Origin: a virus
Virus record (IMG/VR): IMGVR_UViG_3300025133_000026
Length of the DNA: 64,000 nucleotides
Strand: one strand, 5' to 3'
Shown in pieces: positions 37,136 through 47,419 of the stretch. The notes below the pieces were generated by a model. The model worked only from the letters and a program-made list of their open reading frames with translations. It was not told where the DNA came from and searched no databases. Numbering within the stretch: position 1 is the stretch's first letter; each line of letters starts with the position of its first letter. The position numbers were made by a program, and so were the translations under genes.

Positions 37136-37707
37136 CACTAGAAGAAATTAAGACTACACAACAATGGTATTCAAAACTTCCCAACCATAAAAGAGAAAAA
37201 TACTTAGAGAATGAGTTAGCCAAACTTACAAAGTTTGATACAACACCCACTCTATGGGATGACTATATACAAAACAATAACCTTTGGTGGCAAAAAGCTG
37301 ACTCAAATCCAACAGCCTTATTTAAAACTATCTTTCTGGGAAAGACCTTTTTTGTAAAAATAAAACATAAAACAAATATTATTGATATGCCAAAGTATCT
37401 ACAAGCAAATACGCCTGGTTCCACACAGCTTTATGAGGGTCAGCCTGTCGCTTCAATAGGACCTTTTCAAGGAAAGATCTTCTTTAATTCTAATGATAAT
37501 CATTTTTACTTGGGAGCTACTGGGCGACATAAATATTTGCATCGATCATTCATAATGGAGTTCTTGCAAACACATGGACAAGAGGATTACTCTTGGATGA
37601 AAGATATTGAATTATTTTATAAAGACTCATATCTTATTGGTGGCTATAAAGAATTAGAAGAGCCACAATCTAAACAAACAGCACTTCAATGGAAATATAT
37701 AGGATAG
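37132..37707 (+). CDS. Hypothetical protein
   Basis: ATGA overlap; IELFYKDSYLIG resembles the shared motif. Confidence 0.7.
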   Translation: MTLEEIKTTQQWYSKLPNHKREKYLENELAKLTKFDTTPTLWDDYIQNNNLWWQKADSNPTALFKTIFLGKTFFVKIKHKTNIIDMPKYLQANTPGSTQLYEGQPVASIGPFQGKIFFNSNDNHFYLGATGRHKYLHRSFIMEFLQTHGQEDYSWMKDIELFYKDSYLIGGYKELEEPQSKQTALQWKYIG

Positions 37708-37710
37708 ATT

Positions 37711-38265
37711 ATGCCAAAGAAAAAGAAAGTAATAAGTGCAGACGAACAAGCTCTGATTCTTTATAGCAAGGCTTCAAATAAAAGAAGGCTTGACTTCCTT
37801 TCAAAGATAACAATTGACGCTATGGTTGCTGTTGGTTATGTCAAAGAAGGACAAAACTGGCATCCATTCAAATCTCAAACAAGCAAATATGCTTGGAGTT
37901 GGAACAAAGACAAATATCAAGAATATTGTACTGTAGATCTCCCCATCCACACTCGTCCTGCCAATGTAGTTCTTGGACATCCATATTCTATTTTTTCTAT
38001 TGAATTAATAGAAAAAGACAATTGGTCTAAAAAAGAATTAAAATACTGGGCAGGAGGAGTACTCGGCCCGAAGTCCCCTGCTATGAAACAACTTTGCGAA
38101 TATATTCTATTGAAATTAATAGTAGATGAGTTTGAGATTTCCTCACTACAATACCTTAGAGAACCAATGGAATACTATGAAATGAGTTTTTCTCTCATAG
38201 ACTTAGATTCACTAACATCAAAAGACAAAACAAAGGCCTTGACTCACCAATGGAAAATATTGTAA
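37711..38265 (+). CDS. Hypothetical protein
   Basis: ORF in the array. Confidence 0.7.
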   Translation: MPKKKKVISADEQALILYSKASNKRRLDFLSKITIDAMVAVGYVKEGQNWHPFKSQTSKYAWSWNKDKYQEYCTVDLPIHTRPANVVLGHPYSIFSIELIEKDNWSKKELKYWAGGVLGPKSPAMKQLCEYILLKLIVDEFEISSLQYLREPMEYYEMSFSLIDLDSLTSKDKTKALTHQWKIL

Positions 38266-38771
38266 ATCAAATTGAACAAGCTGTTGAGCATAAAAAATGG
38301 GAGATTGCAAGCAATCTTGTCCTTACTGTTATTAAAAAATCTACAAATCTTAATAGTTTAATTTTACAAACAAAATGGATTGGAAATAATCCAACTCTGA
38401 ATATCCAGCTCAATCACCTTCATTTAGGTAATACAAATATTTCTATGCCTATTCAGTCTAAAAGTCAACAACAACTAAGGTTGAGAGAATTATTTAAGTC
38501 AGGTTATGGTAGGTGGAGAGATCATATTAGTCTTAGTACAGGAGTTAGGTATTCCAGATTCCCTATTTCACATAGTCACGTAATTAAAGGAACTCCCAAG
38601 CTTGTAGCTTTGCTTTGCTTAGGAATCTATGGACTTAAAATCGAAAGCTTATATCCTCTTCAAGAAATACTTGAAGAAACTTTGATGCCCCCTGAGCTAG
38701 GTTTTATTAAAGAAATACGTCCGGGTGTCTTAATTTTTGCCAAGCCACCAACAAAAGAAGATACTTTTTAA
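38250..38771 (+). CDS. Hypothetical protein
   Basis: Stop overlaps the dnaE start. Confidence 0.7.
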   Translation: MENIVNQIEQAVEHKKWEIASNLVLTVIKKSTNLNSLILQTKWIGNNPTLNIQLNHLHLGNTNISMPIQSKSQQQLRLRELFKSGYGRWRDHISLSTGVRYSRFPISHSHVIKGTPKLVALLCLGIYGLKIESLYPLQEILEETLMPPELGFIKEIRPGVLIFAKPPTKEDTF

Positions 38772-41700
38772 TGAATACACCTAACTTTGTACATCTTCAT
38801 ATGCATACTGAGCATTCGCTTTTGGATGGCATCATTCGTGTGAAACAACTTCCTCAAGCTGTTAAAGAAATGGGAATGAATGCTGTTTCTATGACTGATC
38901 ATGGAACTCTCAGTGGTGCCCTAGACTTCTATAAAGAGTGTACAAAAGCAAATGTTAAACCTCTTATTGGTTTAGAGTCTTATACTTCTAAAGACAGACT
39001 TCTTAAACAAGTAGATGATTTAGATCAAAAGTATTATCATTTACTCCTTTTGGCTCAAAATGAAGTAGGCTACAAAAACTTATGTCAGCTTGTCTCTACA
39101 GGAAATAGGGATGGTTATTATTACAAGGGAAGACTTGACGATAAACTATTAGAGCAATACAGTGAAGGTTTGATTGCAACTAGTACATGTCTTGGTGGGC
39201 GAATTGCACAACTATATAGACGTAGTTCTTCTGCAGCTGCAGAAAAGCTTATCATGTACTATGCAGATCTATTCAAAGATAGATTCTTTTTAGAGATTCA
39301 GCATCATCCCACTGAACCAGAACAAGTTGCTTTAAATAATTTCCTCCTAGAAGTCTCTAGTAAATATAATATTCCTCCTATTTTGTCAGCTGATTGTCAT
39401 TATTTGAAAAAATCAGATGGAATCACTAATGATTCTCCTCATGAACAGATGCTTGCTTTGAACGTAGGTTCTACCATTCATACAGAGGGTAGATTTTCGT
39501 TTGATCAACGTCATCATTATGTTCTTCCTCCCGAAGAGGTTCGTGAGATTTGTGAAACAAATCAATGGCCACTTGACTTAATGACAAATACACAACACAT
39601 TGCAGACATGTGTACTGGAAAATACTTCACAGATTGTGGTGTTGGTTCTAAAATGCCCGAACCACTCAATATCAAAGTAGATTCTCTTACAGACCTAACT
39701 AAATTAGGTAAGTGGGGGTTAGTTAATCGATTTGGGTCTGTAAATAAAGTTCCAGAAAAATACAAAGCGCGCCTAAACTATGAGCTTGAAGTTATCCACA
39801 GGATGGGTTACTCCAATTATTTCCTCATTGTCAAAGACCTTGTAGATGCTATTAGAAAAAAAGGAATAGCTATTGGGCCTGGAAGAGGATCAGCGGCGGG
39901 CTCTTTACTTAATTGGGCCTTGGGTATTACTTCTAAAGAAGCCGATCCTATTAAGCATGATCTTTATTTTGAACGTTTCCTTAACGCAGCAAGAACTGAC
40001 GCCATGGTTGATGTTGACCTTGACTTCCCTACCTCTAAAAGACATTTAGTGTTTGACTATCTCAAAGAAACCTATGGAGAGAAGGGGTGTGCCCATCTGG
40101 GTACATATCAAAAGTTTAAAGCACGAGGACTTATGTGGGCCTTAGCTCGTGTTCAAGGACACAGTATTGAATACGGAAAGAAGTTATCTAAGCTAGTTCC
40201 TGAAGATCATAGAGGTGTTTCTCCGACACTAGAAGAGGCTATCGAGGCTTCTCCTGAATTACTAGAACATCCAAAAATCTTATCAGTTGCAGAAAAAATA
40301 GAAGGGATGACTTCAAGAGCAGGCGTTCATGCTTCTGGTTACATCGTTTATAACGATGACCTGGGAAAGTATATGCCTGTTTATCAAAAGAAAGATGCTA
40401 AGACAAAGAAACCAATCATGGTTACCCAAATGGATATGCATGATGTTGAAGAAATGGGTTTCGTTAAGTTTGATATTCTTGGTATTCAAAATCTTGATGT
40501 TGTAAGCAGAACTTTAGATCTTGTTGAAAAGTATCATAATGTAACTATTGATTTAGACGCTATTGATTACCATGATGATAATGTCTTTGCGTTAATGAGA
40601 GAAGGAAGATTAGCTGGTGTCTTCCAATTAGAAGACTCACTTCGAAACATTACTGTTAGAGTACAGCCAACATGCCTTAACGATATCTCTGTTGTTAACG
40701 CTATAGGACGCCCAGGACCTTTAGATGCTGGGCTCTTGGATGGATATGTCCTGGCTAAAGAACACGGCCTAGAGGGGCTTAAGAAGTGGGGGAAATACGG
40801 CTCTGACCGAATGTCTGAACTACTTTGGAACCTGTTGCCTGAAACCTATGGTCTCTTTATTTATCAAGAGTCTGTTATGAGGCTTCTTGTAGAAATTGCT
40901 GGCTTCTCTCTTGCCGAGGCTGACCTTGCACGCCGAGCAATGGGAAAGAAAAAACCCGAAGAGATGAATAAGCTAAAGAAAAGATTTGTTCCTGGTGCTA
41001 TTGAAAAAGTAAATGCTACCGAAGAAGAAGCAGAAACTTTATGGAAGCTTATTCAAGGTTATAGTCTTTATGGCTTTAACAAATCCCACAGTCTTACCTA
41101 TTCTATTCTTGGATACCAGGAAGCATGGCTCAAAAAGTATTATCCTGTCGAGTTTATGACTGCATTATTATCAGAAGAATCTGATATTAATAAGATTACA
41201 AAATATATCTCTGAGTGTAAGATTTTGGGTATTAAGGTAGAAGGACCTAACGTTAATAAATCTTTAAGGCACTTCTCTATTGAAGACGACACCATTGTCT
41301 TTGGCCTTGAAGCAATCAAGGGGATGGGTAGAGGCGCCGTCACAGCTTTATTAAAAGCAAGAGGCTCTCAACCATTCAAAGATATCTCAGACTTATTAAG
41401 TAGAGTAAACCTTACAAAGATTAACTCAGCAAAAGTTGAAGCATTAACTCATGCTGGCGCCCTCGATTGTTTAGGGTTAGGGCGACAAACTATTCTGGAT
41501 CATTTTAAAAAGATTACTCAATACTTTAGAGATTTAGAAAAGTATGGCGAAAAGATACTACGCTACAAAGAAAGAGAAAAGGAAATCAAAATAGCTCTTG
41601 CTCTTAGAGAAGCAGGAGAGAAAGTTAATAAGCCCAGAATCCTTAAGAAACCTGAACTTCCTGAGAAGCCTACGATTCCAGCAGAAGAAAGACGTGAGAT

Positions 41701-42082
41701 TACTTTCGATCTTCTTCAAAAGGAAAAAGAAGTCTTGGGGTATTACCTTTCAATTCATCCAACTGATTTTGTTACTGCAACCAACAATACATCTCTTATC
41801 TTAGATGTTTGTAGGACAAGACAAAGAGGGTTTTTGAATGGTGTAATCTTACAAGCCAAAGAGATAACCACAAAGAAAGGTACTCGCATGGCATTCCTCA
41901 CTGTGGAAGATGCTACCGGCCAAGCCGAAGTAGTTGTCTTCCCAGGAAAAGTTTTTAAACAATACAAAAAGGCGGTAAGTAATTCTCCTAAAGATAAAAT
42001 TGTTAGGATAGAATTTACAGCTGAAGATATACAGCAAACGCCAATCAAACTAATAGCAGAGCGTATAAGAGGAGTAAAATGA
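38771..42082 (+). CDS. dnaE: DNA polymerase III alpha subunit (family C)
   Basis: PHP HLHMHTEHSLLDG; GPGRGSAAGS; DVDLDF; KFDILG; YGFNKSH; C-terminal OB fold. Confidence 0.97.
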   Translation: MNTPNFVHLHMHTEHSLLDGIIRVKQLPQAVKEMGMNAVSMTDHGTLSGALDFYKECTKANVKPLIGLESYTSKDRLLKQVDDLDQKYYHLLLLAQNEVGYKNLCQLVSTGNRDGYYYKGRLDDKLLEQYSEGLIATSTCLGGRIAQLYRRSSSAAAEKLIMYYADLFKDRFFLEIQHHPTEPEQVALNNFLLEVSSKYNIPPILSADCHYLKKSDGITNDSPHEQMLALNVGSTIHTEGRFSFDQRHHYVLPPEEVREICETNQWPLDLMTNTQHIADMCTGKYFTDCGVGSKMPEPLNIKVDSLTDLTKLGKWGLVNRFGSVNKVPEKYKARLNYELEVIHRMGYSNYFLIVKDLVDAIRKKGIAIGPGRGSAAGSLLNWALGITSKEADPIKHDLYFERFLNAARTDAMVDVDLDFPTSKRHLVFDYLKETYGEKGCAHLGTYQKFKARGLMWALARVQGHSIEYGKKLSKLVPEDHRGVSPTLEEAIEASPELLEHPKILSVAEKIEGMTSRAGVHASGYIVYNDDLGKYMPVYQKKDAKTKKPIMVTQMDMHDVEEMGFVKFDILGIQNLDVVSRTLDLVEKYHNVTIDLDAIDYHDDNVFALMREGRLAGVFQLEDSLRNITVRVQPTCLNDISVVNAIGRPGPLDAGLLDGYVLAKEHGLEGLKKWGKYGSDRMSELLWNLLPETYGLFIYQESVMRLLVEIAGFSLAEADLARRAMGKKKPEEMNKLKKRFVPGAIEKVNATEEEAETLWKLIQGYSLYGFNKSHSLTYSILGYQEAWLKKYYPVEFMTALLSEESDINKITKYISECKILGIKVEGPNVNKSLRHFSIEDDTIVFGLEAIKGMGRGAVTALLKARGSQPFKDISDLLSRVNLTKINSAKVEALTHAGALDCLGLGRQTILDHFKKITQYFRDLEKYGEKILRYKEREKEIKIALALREAGEKVNKPRILKKPELPEKPTIPAEERREITFDLLQKEKEVLGYYLSIHPTDFVTATNNTSLILDVCRTRQRGFLNGVILQAKEITTKKGTRMAFLTVEDATGQAEVVVFPGKVFKQYKKAVSNSPKDKIVRIEFTAEDIQQTPIKLIAERIRGVK

Positions 42083-44163
42083 CGACCAAGCCCTGGACTA
42101 TTGAAGAAGACAATATCCTTCTGTCTCATTATGAGCCAGACCCAGGGAGTAAACCCCTGGGGATGGATGATGTTCTCGTCTCTTTACCCAGCCGAACTTA
42201 CAAGGCTGTGTATTCTAGATATAAAAGAATCAAAGTGCTTCGAACAAAACTACAAGAGTGTGTTCCTAAAAGTCTCCCTACTATTAAGCTTCCTACAGAA
42301 GAAGAAAGGACAAAAGAAAATTGGGAAAAGTTAAAGAAATTCTTTAACGAAGAGGTCACAAAAAGTGCAAAACTAGAACCAAGAGGCTTGGTTGATGGAG
42401 AGGTTAAAATCCTTTCTATGTCTGATTGGCATATTCCTTTTCATCGAGCTGAATTAGTGGAAGAAATTTTAGAAGAACATGGCGACGCCGATGCTGTTGT
42501 TGTTAATGGAGACTTCCTCGATATGTATGGAGTCTCTAGTTATACCAAACATAAGCACATTCCTCTTATGGATGAGTATAAAATAGGGCTCGAGATGGTC
42601 GCTAGACTTTCAAGTATGTTCCCAAAGGTTTTTCTAACCAGAGGTAATCATGAGAATAGATTGTCTAGAATCATGCGTAGTCAACTACCATTAGAAACCA
42701 AGGGGTTTTTCGCAACCAATGTGACAGCAATGCTCGCGAATGGTATACTCATTGACAAAAATGGATTAGCTGGCGAAAGCCTTGACTTCCCGAATGTTTA
42801 TCACGACCCACACCTACCTTGGGGATGCTTGATTGGGAAAACCCTCTTTGCTCACCCTCATCCTTTTAGAAAAGGGCCAGGGAGAACAGTAGAGTATGTC
42901 CATAAGCAGTTAGAGGGTGGTCACTTAGACTACGACGCAATCGTATTGGGTCATTGCTTTGATGCAGAAACAGAACTCTTGACAAAAGAAGGGTGGCAAT
43001 CTATTGATAGCATTGATGAAAAACATCAAGCCGTTACATTCAATTTAGACACAGAAGAATTAGAATTTAATCATATCAAAGCCATATACAAATATAATGA
43101 CTATGATAAGTTAATTCATTTTACAAACAAAGATGGACTAGAGATTGCCGTTACAGAAGACCATGGTATGGTCGGACGATCGACCAATGCCTGTAATTGG
43201 CAGAAGAAGAAGGCAAAAAACTTTTTTAATAAAAAGTTCTATATCCCTGCAGCAGGAGAGGAAACCTCAACAAAGGATGCTGGTATCTCCGATAATCTCC
43301 TTAGGCTTCTTGCTTGGGTAGTTACTGAAGGACACATTACTTGGACAAATAAAGATCAAACTAATGCCTATATTAGGATTTCTCAATCACAAGACAAAAA
43401 CGAATATGTAACTTATTTAGAAGAGCTTCTTCAAAAAGAAAACTTCTCCTATTCAAAAAGCCAGAGATATGTTGCCAACTCTGTCAAACACAATCAGCAT
43501 CGAAATTACGATGCATATCGTTTTGGACTTGGAGTAAAAGATACTCCACGTCTTATGAAATTCTTAACCAAAGACAAAGTATTTAAACAGTCTCTTCTTG
43601 GTCAGCTTTCTCTTCGGCAAAGGAAGCTTCTGATAGAAGAGCTATGTAAAGGAGATGGTAGTAAGTGTGGCTCAGAATCTTGGAGAGCTTATTACACCAA
43701 AAACCCAGAACTTAAAGATCAATTTCAATATCTAGCAACCCTAGCTGGATATAGAACTAAGGCTTCCATAAGAGACGATGGTGTTTTTGTTATCCATCTT
43801 AGTTACCAAAACGTACGACAAGTAACGAAAACAGAAGTGAAGCCTTATAGCGGAAAAGTGTTCTGTGTCTCCGTCCCTAATGGCACATTAGTTGCAAGAA
43901 GAAATGGAGTGGTCTTTGTTACTCAAAATACCCACCACTGTGCTAAGTATATTTATGAAGGCATGCTTCTTATGGAACAAGGATGTCTTTCGGGACTTCA
44001 TGGATACCAGACTTCTCCTAATTTAGGCTATAAGGCTCAAGTAAATGGGTACGCCGTAGTTTATCAAGATAAAGATGGAAATACAGACTACAACAAGAGT
44101 CGAGTATATTACCGTGGAATACAAAAAGCATACAAAACACATAGTGCTGTAGCAAAGGATTAA
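42079..44163 (+). CDS. Calcineurin-like metallophosphoesterase with an N-terminal Myb-like HTH, intein-containing
   Basis: WTIEEDNIL; SDWHIP; GDFLD; GNHE; HPH; GH|TH split by the intein. Confidence 0.88.
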   Translation: MTTKPWTIEEDNILLSHYEPDPGSKPLGMDDVLVSLPSRTYKAVYSRYKRIKVLRTKLQECVPKSLPTIKLPTEEERTKENWEKLKKFFNEEVTKSAKLEPRGLVDGEVKILSMSDWHIPFHRAELVEEILEEHGDADAVVVNGDFLDMYGVSSYTKHKHIPLMDEYKIGLEMVARLSSMFPKVFLTRGNHENRLSRIMRSQLPLETKGFFATNVTAMLANGILIDKNGLAGESLDFPNVYHDPHLPWGCLIGKTLFAHPHPFRKGPGRTVEYVHKQLEGGHLDYDAIVLGHCFDAETELLTKEGWQSIDSIDEKHQAVTFNLDTEELEFNHIKAIYKYNDYDKLIHFTNKDGLEIAVTEDHGMVGRSTNACNWQKKKAKNFFNKKFYIPAAGEETSTKDAGISDNLLRLLAWVVTEGHITWTNKDQTNAYIRISQSQDKNEYVTYLEELLQKENFSYSKSQRYVANSVKHNQHRNYDAYRFGLGVKDTPRLMKFLTKDKVFKQSLLGQLSLRQRKLLIEELCKGDGSKCGSESWRAYYTKNPELKDQFQYLATLAGYRTKASIRDDGVFVIHLSYQNVRQVTKTEVKPYSGKVFCVSVPNGTLVARRNGVVFVTQNTHHCAKYIYEGMLLMEQGCLSGLHGYQTSPNLGYKAQVNGYAVVYQDKDGNTDYNKSRVYYRGIQKAYKTHSAVAKD
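42955..43929 (+). mobile_element. Intein (Hint plus LAGLIDADG endonuclease), 325 aa
   Basis: Block A CFDAETELLT; block B VTEDH; LAWVVTEG and ELCKGDGS; block F/G VFCVSVPNGTLV.RRNG....TQN followed by +1 Thr. Confidence 0.9.
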
Positions 44164-44493
44164 ATGACACCACAAGAAAAACTAGAAGAGTTAATGGCCA
44201 AAGCCAATAATGGCGGAGGCCTTTCTTTAGAACAAATTGCACACATGACAAATGGCAATTACCTTGCAATCGAAGAGCTACAAAGTGCCTTTCAAAGTAT
44301 GGCTCGAGATATGCTCATGATCTTAACTAATGCCCAGGGCATGCAGAAGATTCTTATCGACAAAGAATTTACCACAGAAGAAGAACTGAATAATACAATT
44401 ACAAAAGTTCAGCTTGCTCTTGAAGAGGAGTGGAAAACAAAAAGACAAGAAAAAGAGACTACAGTAATAGATGATAGTGACCTGGAACTATAA
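44164..44493 (+). CDS. Hypothetical helical protein
   Basis: Abuts both neighbours. Confidence 0.7.
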   Translation: MTPQEKLEELMAKANNGGGLSLEQIAHMTNGNYLAIEELQSAFQSMARDMLMILTNAQGMQKILIDKEFTTEEELNNTITKVQLALEEEWKTKRQEKETTVIDDSDLEL

Positions 44494-45710
44494 TGAAAGC
44501 ATGGGAAGCACTAGACAAAGCAATTACAGAAGTTGATCCACTAAAAGAATGCAGAACTATTAACCTTTACCCAAGTGAGGCAAGTTTGATAGATCCTACG
44601 ACAAACAAAGCCGCTGGCGGGTGTGTTCGTAAGGGTTGGCTTCGTTTTAAAACTGCTATAGATCAAAATAATAAACCAAAAGATATTCATGCAAAGAAAG
44701 CAAGTCTAGATGTTCATGGTGAACCCTTAAACATTGTTGTTTCACATCATACTCCAAGATCAGAATGGATTTTTAAAGCAGGTAATACTTTTGAAAGCAT
44801 GATTATCCAAGTAGCAAGACGTGGAGGTATCCTCCACTCAGGTCACAAACGTTTTAAGATCCCTGTTAAACATGATCTATTCTTGGCTGGTGAAGTTGAC
44901 GCTGTCTTTCGAGATGGCTCCACGTTGGTTGGGATTGAAATTAAATCTACTCATGGCTATATGGCCGAAAAGAAAATTATCCATCCCAAATATGGAGAGC
45001 CAAAGCTAGAGCACTTGCTTCAAACAGCACTTTATGCCTGGTATTATCGAGATCAAATTCCATACTTTCAACTTCTCTATATTTTAAGAGGGAAGCTCCA
45101 AAGAAGAGAGTTTAAAATCTCAATTCATGAATTAGATGATGGCGACTTCGGAATCAAGGTCGACGACATGAGAACACCCTATCGTATATCTCATGTTCTT
45201 GATCGATATACAGAATTGGCTGAATATATTCACGAAAACTATCTCCCTCCAAGAGACTTTGAACTCATCTTTGATGATGATCAAATGAATGAGCTTAACG
45301 ATAACAATGAGTTAGGCAAAACACTTGGATCTGCTTGGGAAAAGTATTGGGATAGAAAGGTCAATGGTGGCCGAAAGGTTCAACGACCAGAAAAGGGACA
45401 CTTCCAATGTTCTTACTGTCAATTCAAAGATGTTTGTTACAAGAAAGATGGGACTCCATACGATATGACAAAATACATGAATCCAAAAGATACAAATATA
45501 ATGTCTCTTGAGTCAATTGCAGCTGACACTGTTTGGGATGTAGTAAAATTCTATCAATTAACATGGCCGTTTAAAGAAACACTCATGGAAAGAATGAACG
45601 TAGATACGGTTGAAGAAGCTGCAGAACTCTTCAATCAGGACCAAAAGAAGTGGATACAAGATTCAGAGCTTGAGCAATTCTCCCTAATAATGCGTAAGTA
45701 TAGAGAATAA
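44493..45710 (+). CDS. Cas4-like / RecB-family PD-(D/E)XK exonuclease with Fe-S cysteines
   Basis: N-terminal GGCVRK; GEVDAV...IEIKS; QTALY; CSYCQFKDVC. Confidence 0.85.
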   Translation: MKAWEALDKAITEVDPLKECRTINLYPSEASLIDPTTNKAAGGCVRKGWLRFKTAIDQNNKPKDIHAKKASLDVHGEPLNIVVSHHTPRSEWIFKAGNTFESMIIQVARRGGILHSGHKRFKIPVKHDLFLAGEVDAVFRDGSTLVGIEIKSTHGYMAEKKIIHPKYGEPKLEHLLQTALYAWYYRDQIPYFQLLYILRGKLQRREFKISIHELDDGDFGIKVDDMRTPYRISHVLDRYTELAEYIHENYLPPRDFELIFDDDQMNELNDNNELGKTLGSAWEKYWDRKVNGGRKVQRPEKGHFQCSYCQFKDVCYKKDGTPYDMTKYMNPKDTNIMSLESIAADTVWDVVKFYQLTWPFKETLMERMNVDTVEEAAELFNQDQKKWIQDSELEQFSLIMRKYRE

Positions 45711-46216
45711 TGTCTAAGCTTCATGGTCTATTCCTCGACAGGGATGGGGTTCTTAATGTGAATACACATTACCCTCACCTTGTCGAGGATCTTTACATTC
45801 CCGATGGTGTTTTTGAGGCCTGTACTTTATTAAAGTATTATCAAAATAAAATTCGACCAATAGTAGTGACCAATCAAAGTGGTGTTGGGCGTGGGCTTTA
45901 TACTAAAGCAGAATGTTTAGAATTTGAAGAGCACCTTGCTAATGAAATCTATATACATTCTGGACTTAATATACCTAAAGAAAACTGGTACCACGCATGG
46001 GACACTGCCTCTCCTGACTATAAACCTTCTCCCAACATGATTCTACAGGGTATGAAAGATCATAACTTAAAACCCAAAAACTGTGTGCTCATTGGAGACA
46101 AACAGACTGATGTTGACGCCGCGATGGCAGCAGAACTTAGTCTTGGCTATCTCATTTACACCAATAATGGTGAACACTTCCTTGAAGCTGTAATGGAAAC
46201 TTTATTAAAATTATGA
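45710..46216 (+). CDS. gmhB: HAD phosphatase, GmhB (heptose-1,7-bisphosphate phosphatase)-like
   Basis: FLDRDGVLN, VVTNQSGVGRG, KPSP.M, IGDKQTD. Confidence 0.85.
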   Translation: MSKLHGLFLDRDGVLNVNTHYPHLVEDLYIPDGVFEACTLLKYYQNKIRPIVVTNQSGVGRGLYTKAECLEFEEHLANEIYIHSGLNIPKENWYHAWDTASPDYKPSPNMILQGMKDHNLKPKNCVLIGDKQTDVDAAMAAELSLGYLIYTNNGEHFLEAVMETLLKL

Positions 46217-46473
46217 ACAAAGGACTCCTCTGGTCTCAAATAGCCAGTCATATAGAATCATCTATAGCCCCCGCTCTCGCAACACATCAAGGCTCTTGCG
46301 AATTAAAAGATATTGAATTAACAAAAGACGAAGATCTTGTTGTTTATATTCAATACCAAGGAGCTTGTAATGGCTGTGCTTATTCAGAGACAACTACATT
46401 ATCTATGATTCAAAATCTCCTTAGAGAAGAACTCAATGATCCAAGAATAGTTGTAGAGAAATGGAATGAGTAA
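46213..46473 (+). CDS. NifU/NfuA C-terminal Fe-S carrier domain
   Basis: I.P.L..H.G..EL, VYIQYQGACNGC, TT..MIQ..L. Confidence 0.85.
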   Translation: MNKGLLWSQIASHIESSIAPALATHQGSCELKDIELTKDEDLVVYIQYQGACNGCAYSETTTLSMIQNLLREELNDPRIVVEKWNE

Positions 46474-46672
46474 GCAAAAGAAAAGCAGCTGGGAGAATAT
46501 AGAGATTCTCGAGCTGGGTGGTTTTATTATTGAATACGACAAGTCTGACAATACACTTACAGTAAATACAAAGTTTGAATGCGAGGTAGATTGCATTCAT
46601 TTGAGTAACTTTATTGAAGAAATAGATGAATGCAAAACCGTCATAATTAAAGGGCCAGAATGGAACGAATAG
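46466..46672 (+). CDS. Hypothetical protein
   Basis: Small acidic ORF in the array. Confidence 0.55.
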   Translation: MSKQKKSSWENIEILELGGFIIEYDKSDNTLTVNTKFECEVDCIHLSNFIEEIDECKTVIIKGPEWNE

Positions 46673-47034
46673 TTACAAAACACTGGTATATCCAACTTCG
46701 TATAGCAACAGGAACACAGAAAAAGAAATGTCTTTATGCTGGAGAGGGTTGTTGTAATACAGTAACAAAACAAAGAACAGTTCCCACTGGTAGTCATTGG
46801 ACCTGTACAAATGGAAGGTGGAAACGGTCTAACACAAAGAAAGAAAAAAGAACTTACCATTCTACAGTTAAAGGAACCAAGCTTTTATGCTTTAGTATAA
46901 AGCATAAACATCATCTTGTATGCACAGCTTGTTGGCCTAGATTGATTAAAGAATTAGCAATGATGCCAACTCAAGTAACAGAATTTGATTATGAATTAAT
47001 GATGAAAGGACTAACAGATGAGCATAACGAATAA
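46660..47034 (+). CDS. Cys-rich hypothetical protein, tandem family C
   Basis: KC.Y...GC.NT, KGT.L, VCTACWPR, FDYELMMKG. Confidence 0.7.
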   Translation: MERIVTKHWYIQLRIATGTQKKKCLYAGEGCCNTVTKQRTVPTGSHWTCTNGRWKRSNTKKEKRTYHSTVKGTKLLCFSIKHKHHLVCTACWPRLIKELAMMPTQVTEFDYELMMKGLTDEHNE

Positions 47035-47419
47035 TAGACTATGTGTTAAAACCTTTACGGTGAATAATAAGCTTCATAAATGTGACTATGTAGAAAAGGG
47101 TTGTGTTAATACAGAGATCATAACCAAGAAAGTACCAATTAGAAAAAGAGTACAGAAACAATACAAAAAAGGATACACTCGTTGGGGTCAAAGCCGGTAT
47201 TGGACGTGGAAAACTACAGGCCACAACAAGGTTAAAAAACATTACACTAGAAAAGGCACTATGCTCTTTCAATTAAAAACAGGTTCTTACGGTGGATATA
47301 ATATTCTTAAAGTATGTCCTGACTGTTGGCCCAGGGCTATCCAAGAGATACAGGACCTGCCTTCAATTGACTTCCAATACACTACGACAATGAAGGAATT
47401 TGCAAGTGGCGAAGAATGA
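47018..47419 (+). CDS. Cys-rich hypothetical protein, tandem family C
   Basis: KCDY...GC.NT, KGTML, VCPDCWPR, DFQYTTTMK. Confidence 0.7.
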   Translation: MSITNNRLCVKTFTVNNKLHKCDYVEKGCVNTEIITKKVPIRKRVQKQYKKGYTRWGQSRYWTWKTTGHNKVKKHYTRKGTMLFQLKTGSYGGYNILKVCPDCWPRAIQEIQDLPSIDFQYTTTMKEFASGEE

